DNA from: Macrostomum lignano
Taxonomy: Eukaryota
Reading direction: 5' to 3'
Length of the DNA stretch: 50,286 nt
Assembly: GCA_002269645.1 (NCBI GenBank)
Contig: NIVC01000756.1
Coordinates: forward strand, 1 to 50,286
The translations under genes and the position numbers were made by a program. Below the pieces are notes generated by a model. That model searched no databases and was not told where the DNA came from. It saw only the letters and a list, made by a program, of their open reading frames with translations. Shown piece by piece: positions 1-12,641 of this stretch; the stretch's first letter is position 1; the number at the start of each line of letters is the position of its first letter.

Positions 1-88
1 GTCGGCATCCTCGGTGGCAGTGAGCATTCTTCCTGTAGTATTTCTTCATCATTTTGAGGAACTCGTTTGAACTCGACTGTGCCATTGC
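1..88 (-). CDS. Calmodulin-like EF-hand protein, exon with the second half of EF-hand 2 (continues beyond the window start)
   Basis: Acceptor cccctgtcttAG at 90-89, then (G)GNGTVEF[N]EFLKMMKKYY. One extra base at 66-68 (TTCAAACGAG vs TTCAACGAG) must be removed to keep the frame, and a further indel near 28-40 is possible. The 79-bp intron 89-167 is GT-AG. Confidence 0.8.
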
Positions 89-167
89 CTAAGACAGGGG
101 CGGAGGAGGAGCAGCTTAGCAACACACAGCAGCAAACTGAAGCCCGAGCTTTACCCCGCAAACTCAC

Positions 168-310
168 CATCGCTGTCAACATCCGCAATCATCATCTTGA
201 CCTCGTTCTCCGTGACCTTTGTGCCGAGAATTTCAGCACCTTGTGCAGCTCGCCAGCCGTGATTCGGCCGTCGTGGTCGATGTCGAAAAAGTTGAAGGCC
301 TCCTTCAGGG
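168..310 (-). CDS. Calmodulin-like EF-hand protein, exon with EF-hand 1 and the start of EF-hand 2
   Basis: Acceptor tttgcttttcgcgcAG at 312-311 and donor G|GTGAGT at 167. Translation (A)LKEAFNFFDIDHDGRITAGELHKVLKF[L]GTKVTENEVKMMIADVDSDG contains a canonical DxDxDGxIxxxEL loop. One base is missing near 229-230. Confidence 0.88.
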
Positions 311-409
311 CTGCGCGAAAAGCAAAGTTGAAAGGCGGGAAGGCCCGGTTAGCAGCGCCCATTTCCATCAGCATCTGCCTCTTTCTGTTTTTGATACGCA
401 TTCGTCCTC

Positions 410-854
410 CTTTATCCGCTCCCTCCTCCCTTATCCGCCTCCCTCCTCCCTTATCCGCTCCCTCCTCCCTTATCCGCCCCTCCTCCTTATCCGCTCCCTC
501 CTCCCTTATCCGCTCTCTCCTCCCTTATCCGCTCTCTCCTCTTTTATCCGCTCTCTCCTCCCTTATCCGCTCTCTCCTCCCTTATCCGCTCTCTCCTCCC
601 TTATCCGCTCTCTCCTCACTTATCCGCTGTCTCTCCCTTATCCGCTCCCTCCTCCCTTATCCGCTCCCTCCTCCCTTATCCGCTCCCTCCTCCCTTATCC
701 GCCTCTCTAATCTCTTATCCCTCTCTCCTCCCTTATCCGCTCTCGCCTCTCTAATCCGCTCTCTCCTCCTTATCCACTCTCTTCTCTCATCCGCTCTCTC
801 CTCCCTTATCCGCTCTCTTCTCTCTTATCCGCTCTCTCCTCCCTTATCCGCTCC
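410..854. repeat. CT-rich minisatellite, ~19-bp unit CTTATCCGCTC(C/T)CTCCTCC
   Basis: About 23 degenerate copies in an intron of the EF-hand gene. Confidence 0.95.
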
Positions 855-1514
855 AAGCAGAAATCGACAAGTTAGCCATCAGGACAGCCCTGATTAAGGG
901 CCGGCGGGGGGGCGGGAGAAAATCGAATATGATAATCCAGGAGAAGCCGCAGACGGATCATTAAGCGAGGCCAGCAGAGAAGAGAGACCCAGCGGAATGG
1001 GCCGTGAAAAATCGTGTCCTGCCGCCTCTTAAGGCAGCGGGCGACTTCTCTCTCTTGGCGCAAACGGATGCGGACGAGAGACATACAGAAATAGATTCGC
1101 GCGGCGAGTGGCCAAGAAATCACAAAAATATCACCAATGCCTCCCAGCCTCTGGGACTCTTTTTCAAGCCGTTCCCAGCTTCCGCACCTCCATCTTCTTT
1201 ACCGCTCGCCTACTCCCTCTTCACTCCCCCCTCCCTGCTCCGGCTCGATCCAAGCCGAGGACTCAAGTGCTCTCTGGACATTTCTGGGGAAATTGATTTT
1301 GTCATCAAATTTGCCACGCCGAGGCCCAGCAATCCGCCGAGGCAATGATCCCCCACCTCAGAGCTGCGCCGCCGAATTCGCCCTAATCGGGATGCGGTCG
1401 AAAAAACACACCTCTTCAGTCTGTCCTGGGGCGGGCGCATCCTGGATATGGGCTGCAGGCCCAGCTATGCATTGGCCGCTGAATCTCGCTCTGTAGATCT
1501 TCTCTGCGGCTGTT

Positions 1515-3190
1515 GTGACCCCCCTGCAGCTGGTGTGCCCCCCTGAAGTTGGTGTGATCCCCCTGCAGCTAGTGTGACCCCTGCAGTGGTGTGACCCCCT
1601 GCAGCTGGTGTGACTCCCCTGCATGGTGTGACCCCTGCATGGCTGTGACCCCCTGAAGTGACCCCCTGCAGCTGGTGTGACCCCTGCAGTTGGTGTGCCC
1701 CCCCCCTGAAGTTGGTGTGATCCCCCTGCAGCTGGTGTGACCCTCCTGCAGCTGGTGTGACCCCCTGCAGTTGGTGTGCCCCGCAACTGGTGTGACCCCC
1801 TGCAGCTAGTGTGACCCCTGCAGCTGTGTGACCCTCCTGCAGCTGGTGTGACCCCCTGCAGCTGGTGTGACCCCTGCAAGCTGGTGTGACCCTCCTGCAG
1901 CTGGTGTGACCCCCTGCAGCTGTGTGACCCTCCTGCAGCTGGTGTGACCCTCCTGCAGCTGGTGTGACCCCTGCAGCTGGTGTGACCCCCTGCACTGGTG
2001 TGACCCCCTGAAGTTGGTGTGACCCCCTGCAGCTGGTGTGACCCCCTGCAGTTGGTGTGCCCCTGAAGTTGGTGTGACCCCCTGCAGCTGGTGTGACCCC
2101 TGCAGTTGGTGTGACCCCCCTGCAGTTGGTGTGACCCCCTGCACTTGGTGTGACCCCTGAGTGGTGTGACCCCCTGCAGCTGGTGTGACCCTCCTGCAGC
2201 TGGTGTGACCCCCTGCAGTTGGTGTGACCCCCTGCAACTGGTGTGACCCCTGAAGTTGGTGTGACCCCCTGCAGCTGGCGTGACCCTCCTGCAGCTGGTG
2301 TGACCCCCCTGCAGTTGGTGTGACCCCTGCAACTGGTGTGACCCCCTGAAGTTGGTGTGACTCCCTGCAGCTGGTGACCCCCCTGCAGTTGGTGTGACCC
2401 CCTGCAGTTGGTGTGACCCTCCTGCAGCTGGTGTGACCCCCCTGCAGTTGGTGTGCCCCCCCCTGAAGTTGGTGTGATCCCTGCAGCTAGTGTGACCCCT
2501 GCAGCTAGTGTGACCCCCCTGCAGTTGGTGTGACCCTCCTGCAGTTGGTGTGACCCCCTGCAGTTGGTGTGACCCACTTGCAGCTGGCGTGACCCCCTGC
2601 AACTGGTGTGACCCCCTGAAGTTGGTGTGACCCCCTGCAGCTGGTGTGACCCCCCTGCAGTTGGTGTGCCCCCTGAAGTTGGGTGTGATCCCCTGCAGCT
2701 AGTGTGACCCTCCTGCAGCTGGTGTGACTCCCCTGCAGTTGGTGTGCCCCCCTGAAGTTGGTGTGATCCCCCTGCAGCTGGTGTGACCCCCTGCAGCTGG
2801 TGTGACTCCCCTGCAGTTGGTGTGCCCCCCCCTGAAGTTGGTGTGATCCCCCTGCAGCTAGTGTGACCCCCTGCAGCTGGTGTGACCCCCTGCAGCTGGT
2901 GTGACCCTCCTGCAGCTGGTGTGACCCCCCTGCAGTTGGTGTGACCCTCCTGCAGCTGGTGTGACCCCCCTGCAGTTGGTGTGCCCCCCTGAAGTTGGTG
3001 TGATCCCCTGCAGCTAGTGTGACCCCCTGCAGCTGGTGTGACCCTCCTGCAGCTGGTGTGACTCCCCTGCAGTTGGTGTGACCCCCTGCAGTTGGTGTGA
3101 CCCACTTGCAGCTGGCGTGACCCTTCTGCAGCTGGTGTGACCCCCTGCATCTGGTGTGACCCCCCTGCAGCTGGTGTGACCCTCCGCAGC
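1515..3190. repeat. Minisatellite, ~19-21-bp unit CTGCAGCTGGTGTGACCCC
   Basis: About 80 copies with recurring variant blocks. Confidence 0.97.
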
Positions 3191-3350
3191 TTGGGTGACC
3201 GCAACTTCAGCGGTTCCCTTTAACTTCAGTGACCCCATTCAGCTTTTTCGACCCCCCCCCCGTAGCTTTTGGGACCCTTCCAGCTCCGGTGCCAACCTCC
3301 AGCTTCTGCGATACTTTCCTCTACGTAGAGTCTACGGCAGGTTCTCTTAC

Positions 3351-3386
3351 CCTTGTTGAAATCTCCTTCATACCCAGCGTTTCGGG
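3351..3386 (-). CDS. 36-nt exon of the EF-hand gene
   Basis: Acceptor ttttttaactAG and donor AAGG|GTAAGA. A phase 1-1 exon reading (A)RNAGYEGDFNK(A) that joins in frame to LKEAF. Confidence 0.7.
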
Positions 3387-3953
3387 CTAGTTAAAAAAGC
3401 CAATACAAAACAAGAACGAGGCAGAGAAATCAAAATGCCCAAAATAACCCAAAAGCAGAACAGATAACACGAGCAGCGGCAGAAGCTGATGCAGAAGAAA
3501 GCTAAGAAGAGAGCAGCGGAGGGAGCAAATCAAAAGTACACTTTAGGAGGGAAAGGGGAAAGAAGAGACGATGGAGAAAGGGAAGGACGGAAGCAGCGAG
3601 GAGGGAGGAGAGGACAAGCAGGGAATCGATGCGCTGAGTTCGCCAGGGAGCAGACAGTGTTGTGTTGCTGCTGGGTTGGGAGGCGGAACCCCCTGTCTTT
3701 AGCATCAACACTACACCGGACACCCGCCCACCCCGCGGCGCTCTGCCGGGCAGGTTCCCAGCGAGGGCAAAAATAGCTCCCATCACCAAAGAACAAGAAG
3801 CAAGCAGTGCCAAGGCAGATGCGGAGTCGCTCTCGCCACTGCGGGCTCAAACTCGGCGCAAGTGCGCTGGCACCAGCGCGGCCCGGCTGCAGGCCTCTCG
3901 CTGAACTCCTAAATCCCTTGAGCAGCTGTCTGTCTCTCTAATCCCACTCTTAC

Positions 3954-3960
3954 CAGTCAT
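3954..3960 (-). CDS. Candidate alternative first coding exon (ATG ACT G) of the EF-hand gene
   Basis: aatATGACTG|GTAAGA is a phase-1 donor compatible with the 3386 acceptor, giving MTARNAGYEG. Confidence 0.4.
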
Positions 3961-4520
3961 ATTCCCCGTCTCTATCCCGCCCACTCCAGTCTGCGTCCCT
4001 CTTTTATTCTCTGCAAAGTTCTCAAACCACTTGGGAGAGCTGCGGCCAGCAAACTGGGGCAGCTAAATAGCGGCGGGCCGGAGAGCCGATTAAAGCCCGA
4101 GGGGGCCGCGGCTGCGCCAACCAAGGCGGAGGGAAAAAGAAGAGGAGAATTTTCCCCGCAGGATATTGGTCTCTCCCCATGCCCAGCAGCCCACTCTCCG
4201 CTGCGTAGCCCCAGCAACGCGCAGCTCCTCTACTAAGAGAAAGCGGCTTAAAAAAGTCAAAATGAAAAAATTCGCCATTTAATCCAGCAGGCTCGGGGCG
4301 GGGGTGTGGTGGAATTAATTCCCTGAGCAGAAAGGTGGAACCAACTCTTCCCTTGGGGAATTGAAATGAGCTGGGAACACAAAAAGTGATGGGAGACCTG
4401 GTCTGCAGGGTGTCAAATTCCATCGAGAGGCAAAACCCCGACTGCTGTACAAATCGCCATCAAAGCCCCTTGAGTTTTTGAGAAGTTTGTTGTCAGACAC
4501 TCGGAAATGAGAATTCAGTT

Positions 4521-5216
4521 AGCACAGACACTTATGGTTTATCTATGGGTTACCCCTCAGCACAGACACATGGTTTATCTATGGGTTACCCCTCAGCACA
4601 GACACTTATGATTTATCTATGGGTTACCCCTCAGCACAGACACTTATGATTTATCTATGGGTTACCCCTCAGCACAGACACTTATGATTTATCTATGGGT
4701 TACCCCTCAGCACAGACACTTATGATTTATCTGTGGGTTACCCCTCAGCACAGACACTTATGGTTTATCTATGGGTTACCCCTCAGCACAGACACTTATG
4801 GCTTATCTATAGGTTACCCCTCAGCACAGACACTTATGGTTTATCTACCCCTCAGCACAGACACTTATGATTTATCTACCCCTCAGCACAGACACTTATG
4901 GCTTATCTATGGGTTACCCCTCAGCGCAGACACTTATGATTTATCTGTGGGTTACCCCTCAGCGCAGACACTTATGATTTATCTGTGGGTTACCCCTCAG
5001 CGCAGACACTTATGATTTATCTGTGGGTTACCCCTCAGCGCAGACACTTATGATTTATCTGTGGGTTACCCCTCAGCGCAGACACTTATGATTTATCTAT
5101 GGGTTACCCCTCAGCGCAGACACTTATGATTTATCTGTGGGTTACCCCTCAGCGCAGACACTTATGATTTATCTACCCCTCAGCACAGACACTTATGATT
5201 TATCTGTGGGTTACCC
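4521..5216. repeat. Minisatellite, 38-bp unit CAGCACAGACACTTATGATTTATCTATGGGTTACCCCT
   Basis: A period of 38 was verified (4621 to 4659). About 18-19 copies, three of them truncated. Confidence 0.97.
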
Positions 5217-5266
5217 CGATCGCTGGGTTGCCCCGAATTTCCGTTGGTCTCCGCCGATTCCGCCAT
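5215..5266 (-). CDS. Candidate alternative first coding exon of the EF-hand gene
   Basis: Strong start context gcgccATGG, then MAESAETNGNSGQPSDR+G and a phase-1 donor GG|GTAACC. Confidence 0.45.
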
Positions 5267-6272
5267 GGCGCCGCTGCCGCTGCCGCCGCTTCCGGTTCGG
5301 GCTTCGCGCCTTTCAATCGGCTCTGCTTGGCCACCGGGTTCGGCCTGCTGACTGCTGCTGCTGGGCCCAGCCTGTCACAACTGTGCACAGCCGTTTGCTG
5401 GGGCAAAGGATAACAAGGGGGAGCGCAGACCGAGCAGCTCCCTCTGAATGGGATTTAACCGTCGCAGTGGGTTGGCGGGGATTCACTTGGCCCGTGGCCT
5501 TGGCAACAAGAGACTGGCAACGTGCTCCACCCCCTCCCCTAAGCCCTGCCAGCCAATGCTGTCTGTTTGAGAAGGCCGGCCAACCCCCATAAACCAAGAA
5601 GGCATTGACAATTTCTAGGCAATCCAATTCATGCCCGCTAGCTGCTACTTGCAGTAGAGGCGAGGCATCGATTCTGAGCAGATTGGCAGCAGCGCCTCCG
5701 CAAACAGCCGCCCCCCTATATCAACAACTTTCTGCTCAAATAGCTGGCTTGTTCCTGCCCAGCAACCGAGTGGGCAGCCCCAGCGGAAGGGAACTTCGAC
5801 CCGCAGCAGGGAGAAACACGGGAGAAAACAGGCTGAGAAATTGAGGAGTCGATCGGGGGGAGCTGGGAGTTTGATTAACAGCGGGCGGCTGAAGTGCGGC
5901 AGGGGAAAGGAGCGGGGGGCGGCGGGACCCCGGGCCGGATCAATGGCGGGATCGATGCGGCCCGGATCATTTTGGCCGAATTCAAAGGAGAGGAAGGGGG
6001 AGAAATGGGGAAATCTCTCGCAAAACTCTCGCATATTCCCGCCAACCCCCCCCCCCACCGACCCACTTCACCGCGTGAGCACGGCGGCCGGAGTCCACTC
6101 GAGACTGCGGCGCATAGAATGGAGAATGCAAAGAAAAAGCTAGGATGAGGAAAACTCTGAATTTATCCCGGGGACTAAAATATTCTGACGAGCCTTCCGG
6201 CACTCGAAAAGTTTTCTGCTTGGGGAAAGCTTTTGAGTTTGGAGTTGACGAACTCTCGGCTTGAGGACTTTA

Positions 6273-7235
6273 GGGATTGTGAAGATTGGGGATTGTGAAG
6301 ATTGGGGATTGTGAAGATTGGGGATTGTGAAGATTGGGGATTGTGAAGTTTGGGGATTGTGAAGTTTGGGGATTGTGAAGATTGGGGATTGGGAAGATTG
6401 GGGATTGTGAAGATTGGGGATTGGGAAGATTGGGGATTGTGAAGATTGGGGATTGTGAAGATTGGGGATTGTGAAGATTGGGGATTGTGAAGATTGGGGA
6501 TTGGGAAGATTGGGGATTGTGAAAATTGGGGATTGTGAAGATTGGGGATTGTGAAGATTGGGGATTGGGAAGATTGGGGATTGTGAAGATTGGGGATTGT
6601 CAAGTTTGGGGATTGTGAAGTTTGGGGATTGGGAAGATTGGGGATTGGGAAGATTGGGGATTGTGAAGATTGGGGATTGTGAAGATTGGGGATTGTGAAG
6701 ATTGGGGATTGTGAAGATTGGGGATTGTGAAGATTGGGGATTTGGAAGATTGGGGATTGTGAAGATTGGGGATTGTCAAGTTTGGGGATTGTGAAGTTTG
6801 GGGATTGGGAAGATTGGGGATTGGGGAGATTGGGGATTGTGAAGATTGGGGATTGTGAAGATTAGGGATTGTGAAGATTGGAGATTGTCAAGTTTGGGGA
6901 TTGTGAAGTTTGGGGATTGGGAAGATTGGGGATTGGGAAGATTGGGGATTGTGAAGATTGGGGATTGTGAAGATTAGGGATTGTGAAGATTGGAGATTGT
7001 CAAGTTTGGGGATTGTGAAGTTTGGGGATTGGGAAGATTGGGGATTGGGAAGATTGGGGATTGTGAAGATTGGGGATTGGGAAGATTGGGGATTGTGAAG
7101 ATTGGGGATTGTGAAGATTGGGGATTGGGGAGATTGGGGATTGGGAAGATTGGGGATTGGGGAGATTGGGGATTGGGGAGATTGGGGATTGAGGAGATTG
7201 GGGATTGGGGAGATTAGGGAGATTGGGGATTGTGG
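6273..7235. repeat. Minisatellite, 16-bp unit GGGATTGTGAAGATTG
   Basis: About 60 copies, degenerating to GGGGAGATT variants at the right end. Confidence 0.97.
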
Positions 7236-7836
7236 ACATAAGGGATTGGGGAGTTTGGGGATAGGAGAGATTAAAAATTATGGAGGCTGGGAAATGTAAG
7301 ATTGAGCAGCCGTCTACAAGAATTCTAGTAAATTCTGGAACAACGAAGAAACTGTGACGGATGCTCAGATTTCATAATTAGTGAATGAACCGATTGGGAG
7401 AAAAGCAGAAATGCCTGGCAGAAATTTTGAATTCGCATCGCTGTGCTCCCCTTTGATTAACAGAAACCAGTTCAGCAGGTCCGGCAAGTCTCATTGAGAA
7501 GCCAAAAGTGATGAAGCCAATTGCAACCAAGGCAGGAGGATGTCAGGCGGGGATTCGGGATCGCACAGGCGGAGAGGATAAAGATGAAATGCAATTGGGA
7601 GAATTATGGTGTACGGAATACAGGAGACCATGAGATTGAAACTAAAATCCTGCGTGGGAATGAATTTTCAGGAATAAATAGACCGGAGGTGCAGGGCGAG
7701 GGCAGAGAGCGACTTCTGACGGGAAGCCCCAGCGGGACCGCCGCGATTAACGCGCCCCAACTGCACTACTTTAGTAGCAATGCTAGCATATTGACTGATG
7801 TACAACACATAGCGGCTAACAACATCAAATTCTCAC

Positions 7837-7873
7837 CTTTCATCTGATGCGGTGAGAAATAGTTGTCGCCGTT
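7837..7873 (-). CDS. Candidate 37-nt internal exon of the long EF-hand isoform
   Basis: Acceptor gttgctctctgatttgcAG and strong donor AAG|GTGAGA. A phase 0-1 exon reading NGDNYFSPHQMK+G. Confidence 0.55.
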
Positions 7874-8083
7874 CTGCAAATCAGAGAGCAACGGATGCAT
7901 GAGCACAAGAATTGCTGCCTTCCTAAGCAACAGAGCAGTGCGAGTACAGTTTGGTACTGAGTGTTAGAATTTCAGTATTCATTTGTACTCTATCCTATCA
8001 ATATATTCTGTCCTATGTTATTCTATCAATTGTCTATCCTACAAATAGTCTAATGTATCCTATCAGTTGTCTCCTACCTTATT

Positions 8084-9383
8084 CTATCCAGTCCTATCAA
8101 TAGTCTATCCTATCCAGTCCTATCAATAGTCTATCCTATCCAGTCCTATCAATAGTCTATCCTATCCAGTTCTATCAATAGTCTATCCTATCCAATCTCA
8201 TCAATAGTCTATCCTATCCAATCTCATCAATAGTCTATCCTATCCAATCTCATCAATAGTCTATCCTATCCAGTCCTATCAATAGTCTATCCTATCCAAT
8301 CCTATCAATAGTCTATCCTATCCAATCCTATCAATAGTCTATCTTATCTAATCCTATCAATAGTCTATCCTATCCAGTCCTATCAATAGTCTATCCTATC
8401 CAATCTCATCAATAGCCTATCCTATCCAGTCCTATCAATAGTCTATCCTATCCAATCCTATCAATAGTCTATCCTATCCAATCCTATCAATAGTCTATCC
8501 TATCCAATCCTATCAATAGTCTATCCTATCCAATCTCATCAATAGTCTATCCTATCCAATCTCATCAATAGTCTATCCTATCCAGTCCTATCAATAGTCT
8601 ATCCTATCCAGTCCTATTAATAGTCTATCCTATCTAATCCTATCAATAGTCTATCCTATCCAATCCTATCAATAGTCTATCCTATCCAGTCCTATCAATA
8701 GTCTATCCTATCCAGTCCTATCAATAGTCTATCCTATCCAATCTCATCAATAGTCTATCCTATCCAATCCTATCAATAGTCTATCCTATCCAGTCCTATC
8801 AATAGTCTATCCTATCCAGTCCTATCAATAGTCTATCCTATCCAGTTCTATCAATAGTCTATCCTATCCAATCCTATCAATAGTCTATCCTATCCAGTCC
8901 TATCAATAGTCTATCCTATCCAATCCTATCAATAGTCTATCCTATCCAATCCTATCAATAGTCTATCCTATCCAGTCCTATCAATAGTCTATCCTATCCA
9001 ATCCTATCAATAGTCTATCCTATCCAGTCCTATCAATAGTCTATCCTATCCAATCCTATCAATAGTCTATCCTATCCAGTCCTATCAATAGTCTATCCTA
9101 TCCAGTCCTATCAATAGTCTATCCTATCTAATCCTATCAATAGTCTATCCTATCCAATCCTATCAATAGTCTATCCTATCCAGTCCTATTAATAGTCTAT
9201 CCTATCCAGTCCTATCAATAGTCTATCCTATCCAGTTCTATCAATAGTCTATCCTATCTAATCCTATCAATAGTCTATCCTATCCAGTCCTATCAATAGT
9301 CTATCCTATCCAATCCTATCAATAGTCTATCCTATCCAGTCCTATCAATAGTCTATCCTATCCAGTCCTATCAATAGTCTATC
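8084..9383. repeat. Minisatellite, 26-bp unit CCTATCAATAGTCTATCCTATCCA(G/A)T
   Basis: About 50 copies, with a degenerate lead-in from about 7990. Confidence 0.97.
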
Positions 9384-9532
9384 ACTCAGCTGCCTAATCT
9401 GAGTCAGTTCCCACAAGTCCAGATGCTGCATAAAGCACTCCCTTAATCAGCTCAGTCTCAAAGCCGATTACGGATTTGAAAACAAAAAGTCCAGCTTCCT
9501 CTGAGATCAGCATTAATACTAAGCTGACTCAC

Positions 9533-9613
9533 GGCAAACTCGGGGTGCTGCTGCCGCTGCTGCTCCTCCAGACTGGCCGCTCCACCATTTGCGGACGCAG
9601 CTGAGCCCGGCGA
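9533..9613 (-). CDS. Candidate 81-nt internal exon of the long EF-hand isoform
   Basis: Long pyrimidine tract ending ccaaAG and donor GCC|GTGAGT. A phase 0-0 exon reading SPGSAASANGGAASLEEQQRQQHPEFA. Confidence 0.55.
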
Positions 9614-9996
9614 CTTTGGAAGGAGGGTGGGAGGGGGAAGCGAGTGAGCGATAGGGATTAAACATGATCGAATAAGCGCAGACACGCATTGGACAGTCAG
9701 CGGGATGAATATTTCATGTCAAATACAACCAGCCGGGGTTTCTCAGCTCACGCTCCGCTGGCGAAACACGCCGGCATTGCGGCCGTGATGGATGGCCGGG
9801 CCGTCCCGCCCGCCCCTGATCAATCCGTTCGGACAGACGGCGGGGCGCCCCAAGCACCAGGCACCGGCCAGAGTGACAGGAGTCCAGGCTGACTCAGCGA
9901 CATGCCGGCTAGCAACCAAACTTCATGGGGTTTCTGCCCAATTACAGGAATTATTCTGCAGAAGAAATATCTTCTATCTTACTGGGGAGTGTGGAA

Positions 9997-10434
9997 GCCA
10001 GTCACTCGCTGAGTCACTGATGCATCCCCCTGCCAGTCACTCGCTGAGCCACCGATGCATCCCCCTGCCAGTCACTCGCTGAGTCACCGATGCATCCCCC
10101 TGCCAGTCACTCACTGAGTCACTGATGCATCCCCCTGTCAGTCACTCGCTGAGTCACTGATGCATCCCCCTGCCAGTCACTCACTGAGTCACTGATGCAT
10201 CCCCCTGCCAGTCACTCACTGAGTCACTGATGCATCCCCCTGCCAGTCACTCACTGAGTCACTGATGCATCCCACTGCCAGTCACTCGCTGAGTCACTGA
10301 TGCATCCCCCTGCCAGTCACTCACTGAGTCACTGATGCATCCCCCTGCCAGTCACTCACTGAGTCACTGATGCATCCCCCTGCCAGTCACTCGCTGAGTC
10401 ACCGATGCATCCCCCCTGCCAGTCACTCGCTGAG
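9997..10434. repeat. Minisatellite, 35-bp unit GAGTCACTGATGCATCCCCCTGCCAGTCACTC(A/G)CT
   Basis: About 12 copies; period verified (10081 to 10116). Confidence 0.97.
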
Positions 10435-11560
10435 GTACACACTTTAACTATTACATAGATGGAGTGAAGAAGCTGGAAAGAGACTTGAATAGGGGACAGA
10501 AAGTGCTCAAAAAGAGCTCATTAGATACGGCCATGACAATCCTAAACCAGGAGACATGCTCGAACACGTGTTGCAGCCCCGGCTTAGTCAGGATGAAGGC
10601 AAGAGCAACTCCGGATACGGGGGAAATACAATAGTTCTGAGATGCCGGCAGAATGAGTGCAGCAGCAAGGCGGAGAGGCAGACTGAAATATTGGTGGGGC
10701 TGAACCCCCCCCCCTCGCCTCCCGCTGCACTGCCAAGTCATTAGTTGCTCAGAAGCGGGCGGGTGCAGGGGGGGGGGGCAAAAGTCAAAAAGAAGATGCC
10801 TCATTAGTGAAAACCGAATGACAGAATCTAGAAGGCGATATTAATTGGAGACCCAGGGAGAGAGCCGCTCCCAGCAACCCCAGACACAGCACACACACAG
10901 CACACACACACAGCTGTCAATTACTGAGACTGAACGCGCAGATCAATACAAAACACACTGCAGCCGTCACAGCTGGGCGTCAGCAGCAGACCAAATAGCA
11001 GCACTTATTCGCTGGGGGCTGAGGGGTTGAAAACAGGCAACAGCCAACAATCGGAGCTCAGCTTAGCTGCCGATCCAGGGGCTTGAATAACCGATTGAAA
11101 TATACAACTATGCATTTTATCGATTTAGTCCGGGCTCAAAACCACTCAAACAGGCACCTTGCTTTGCGCCCTCCAGCCCCGTCTCCCGCTTGGCCTCCCG
11201 CACTCCCGCGTCACTGATTCAGTTTGATTAGAAATGAGCCCGGCAATTGCGGCCAGCAGTAGGTGAAGCAGTATAAGCGGCAGCGACTGCAGCTTATTAT
11301 ATATATGGCTATTTTTAAACCGCCTTGGCTCAGCGATCAGTTTGGCTTCCAGCAAAAGAAAAATAATAGGAAGGTACTGTATGCAATACCGCGTCTGCAC
11401 TGCAGTGCAACCGGATTGAACCGGAAGAGCCAAGCAAGGAGAACTAGAAAGAAATCTATATAAAATCTGGAGAGCAGAAACTCCTTTTCCAACCCTGGAC
11501 ATTTATTGTTTTTGAGCCACTATTTCAAAAGTTCTAGCAACGCCTAACGGTATTTTGATT

Positions 11561-12422
11561 TTCGGGTTTGTGTTATTTCGGGTTTGTGATGTTTCCGGTT
11601 GGTGATATTTCGGGTTTGTGATATTTCGGGTTTGTGGTATTTCGGATTTGTGATATTTCGGGTTTGTGATATTTCGGGTTTGTGATATTTCGGGTTTGTG
11701 ATATTTCGGGTTTGTGGTATTTCGGGTTTGTGGTATTTCCGGTTTGTGGTATTTCTGATTTGTGGTATTTCCGGTTTGTAATATTTCGGGTTTGTGATGT
11801 TTCCGGTTGGTGATATTTCGGGTTTGTGATATTTCGGGTTTGTGGTATTTCGGATTTGTGATATTTCGGGTTTGTGGTATTTCGGATTTGTGATATTTCG
11901 GGTTTGTGATATTTCGGGTTTGTGATATTTCGGGTTTGTGATATTTCGGGTTTGTGGTATTTCGGGTTTTTGGTATTTCGGGTTTGTGATATTTCGCGTT
12001 TGTGATATTTCTGGTTTGTGGTATTTCGGGTTTGTGATATTTCGGGTTTGTGGTATTTCTGGTTTGTGATATTTCGGGTTTGTGGTATTTCGGGTTTGTG
12101 GTATTTCAGGTTTGTGATATTTCGGGTTTGTGGTATTTCGGGTTTGTGATATTTCGGGTTTGTGATATTTCGGGTTTGTGGTATTTCCGGCTTGTGGTAT
12201 TTCCGGTTTGTGGTATTTCAAGTTTGTGATATTTCGGGTTTTGTGATATTTCGGGTTTGTGGTATTTCCGGCTTGTGGTATTTCCGGTTTGTGGTATTTC
12301 AGGTTTGTGATATTTCGGGTTTTGTGATATTTCGGGTTTGTGGTATTTCGGGTTTGTGATATTTCGGGTTTGTGGTATTTCCGGTTTGTAGTATTTCGGG
12401 TTCGTGGTATTTCCGGTTTGTA
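11561..12422. repeat. Minisatellite, 16-bp unit GTG(A/G)TATTTCGGGTTT
   Basis: About 53 copies. Confidence 0.96.
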
Positions 12423-12641
12423 ACGGGTGTTGTTATTTTGATTTTCGGAGTTATGATATTTCAGAGCTGTGATTTTTTGAGTTTTTAATGGCGACCCCCA
12501 GCTGGGCTATCCTACTAAATTATTTTCTCATTGTTGAAATTGTTGATTATTAGCGTTTAGAGAGTCCAAATAAGGCTTACTAAACAAATGTTAAAGCACT
12601 AGAACAAGAGCATAGCATAGCAACTTTTTTCTAAGTGCTCT

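Noticed and set aside
1358-3238. Long ORFs of 414 and 579 aa (GVTPAAGGSHQLQ repeats)
   Set aside because: They are translations of a stop-free minisatellite inside an intron. They are open in several frames, and unit lengths vary by non-multiples of 3.
11544-12359. KYHKPEI-repeat ORF and similar repeat ORFs at 4695, 6175, 16835, 19128, 21001, 26252, 29219 and 41642
   Set aside because: All coincide exactly with tandem arrays and lack unique flanking coding sequence or splice support.
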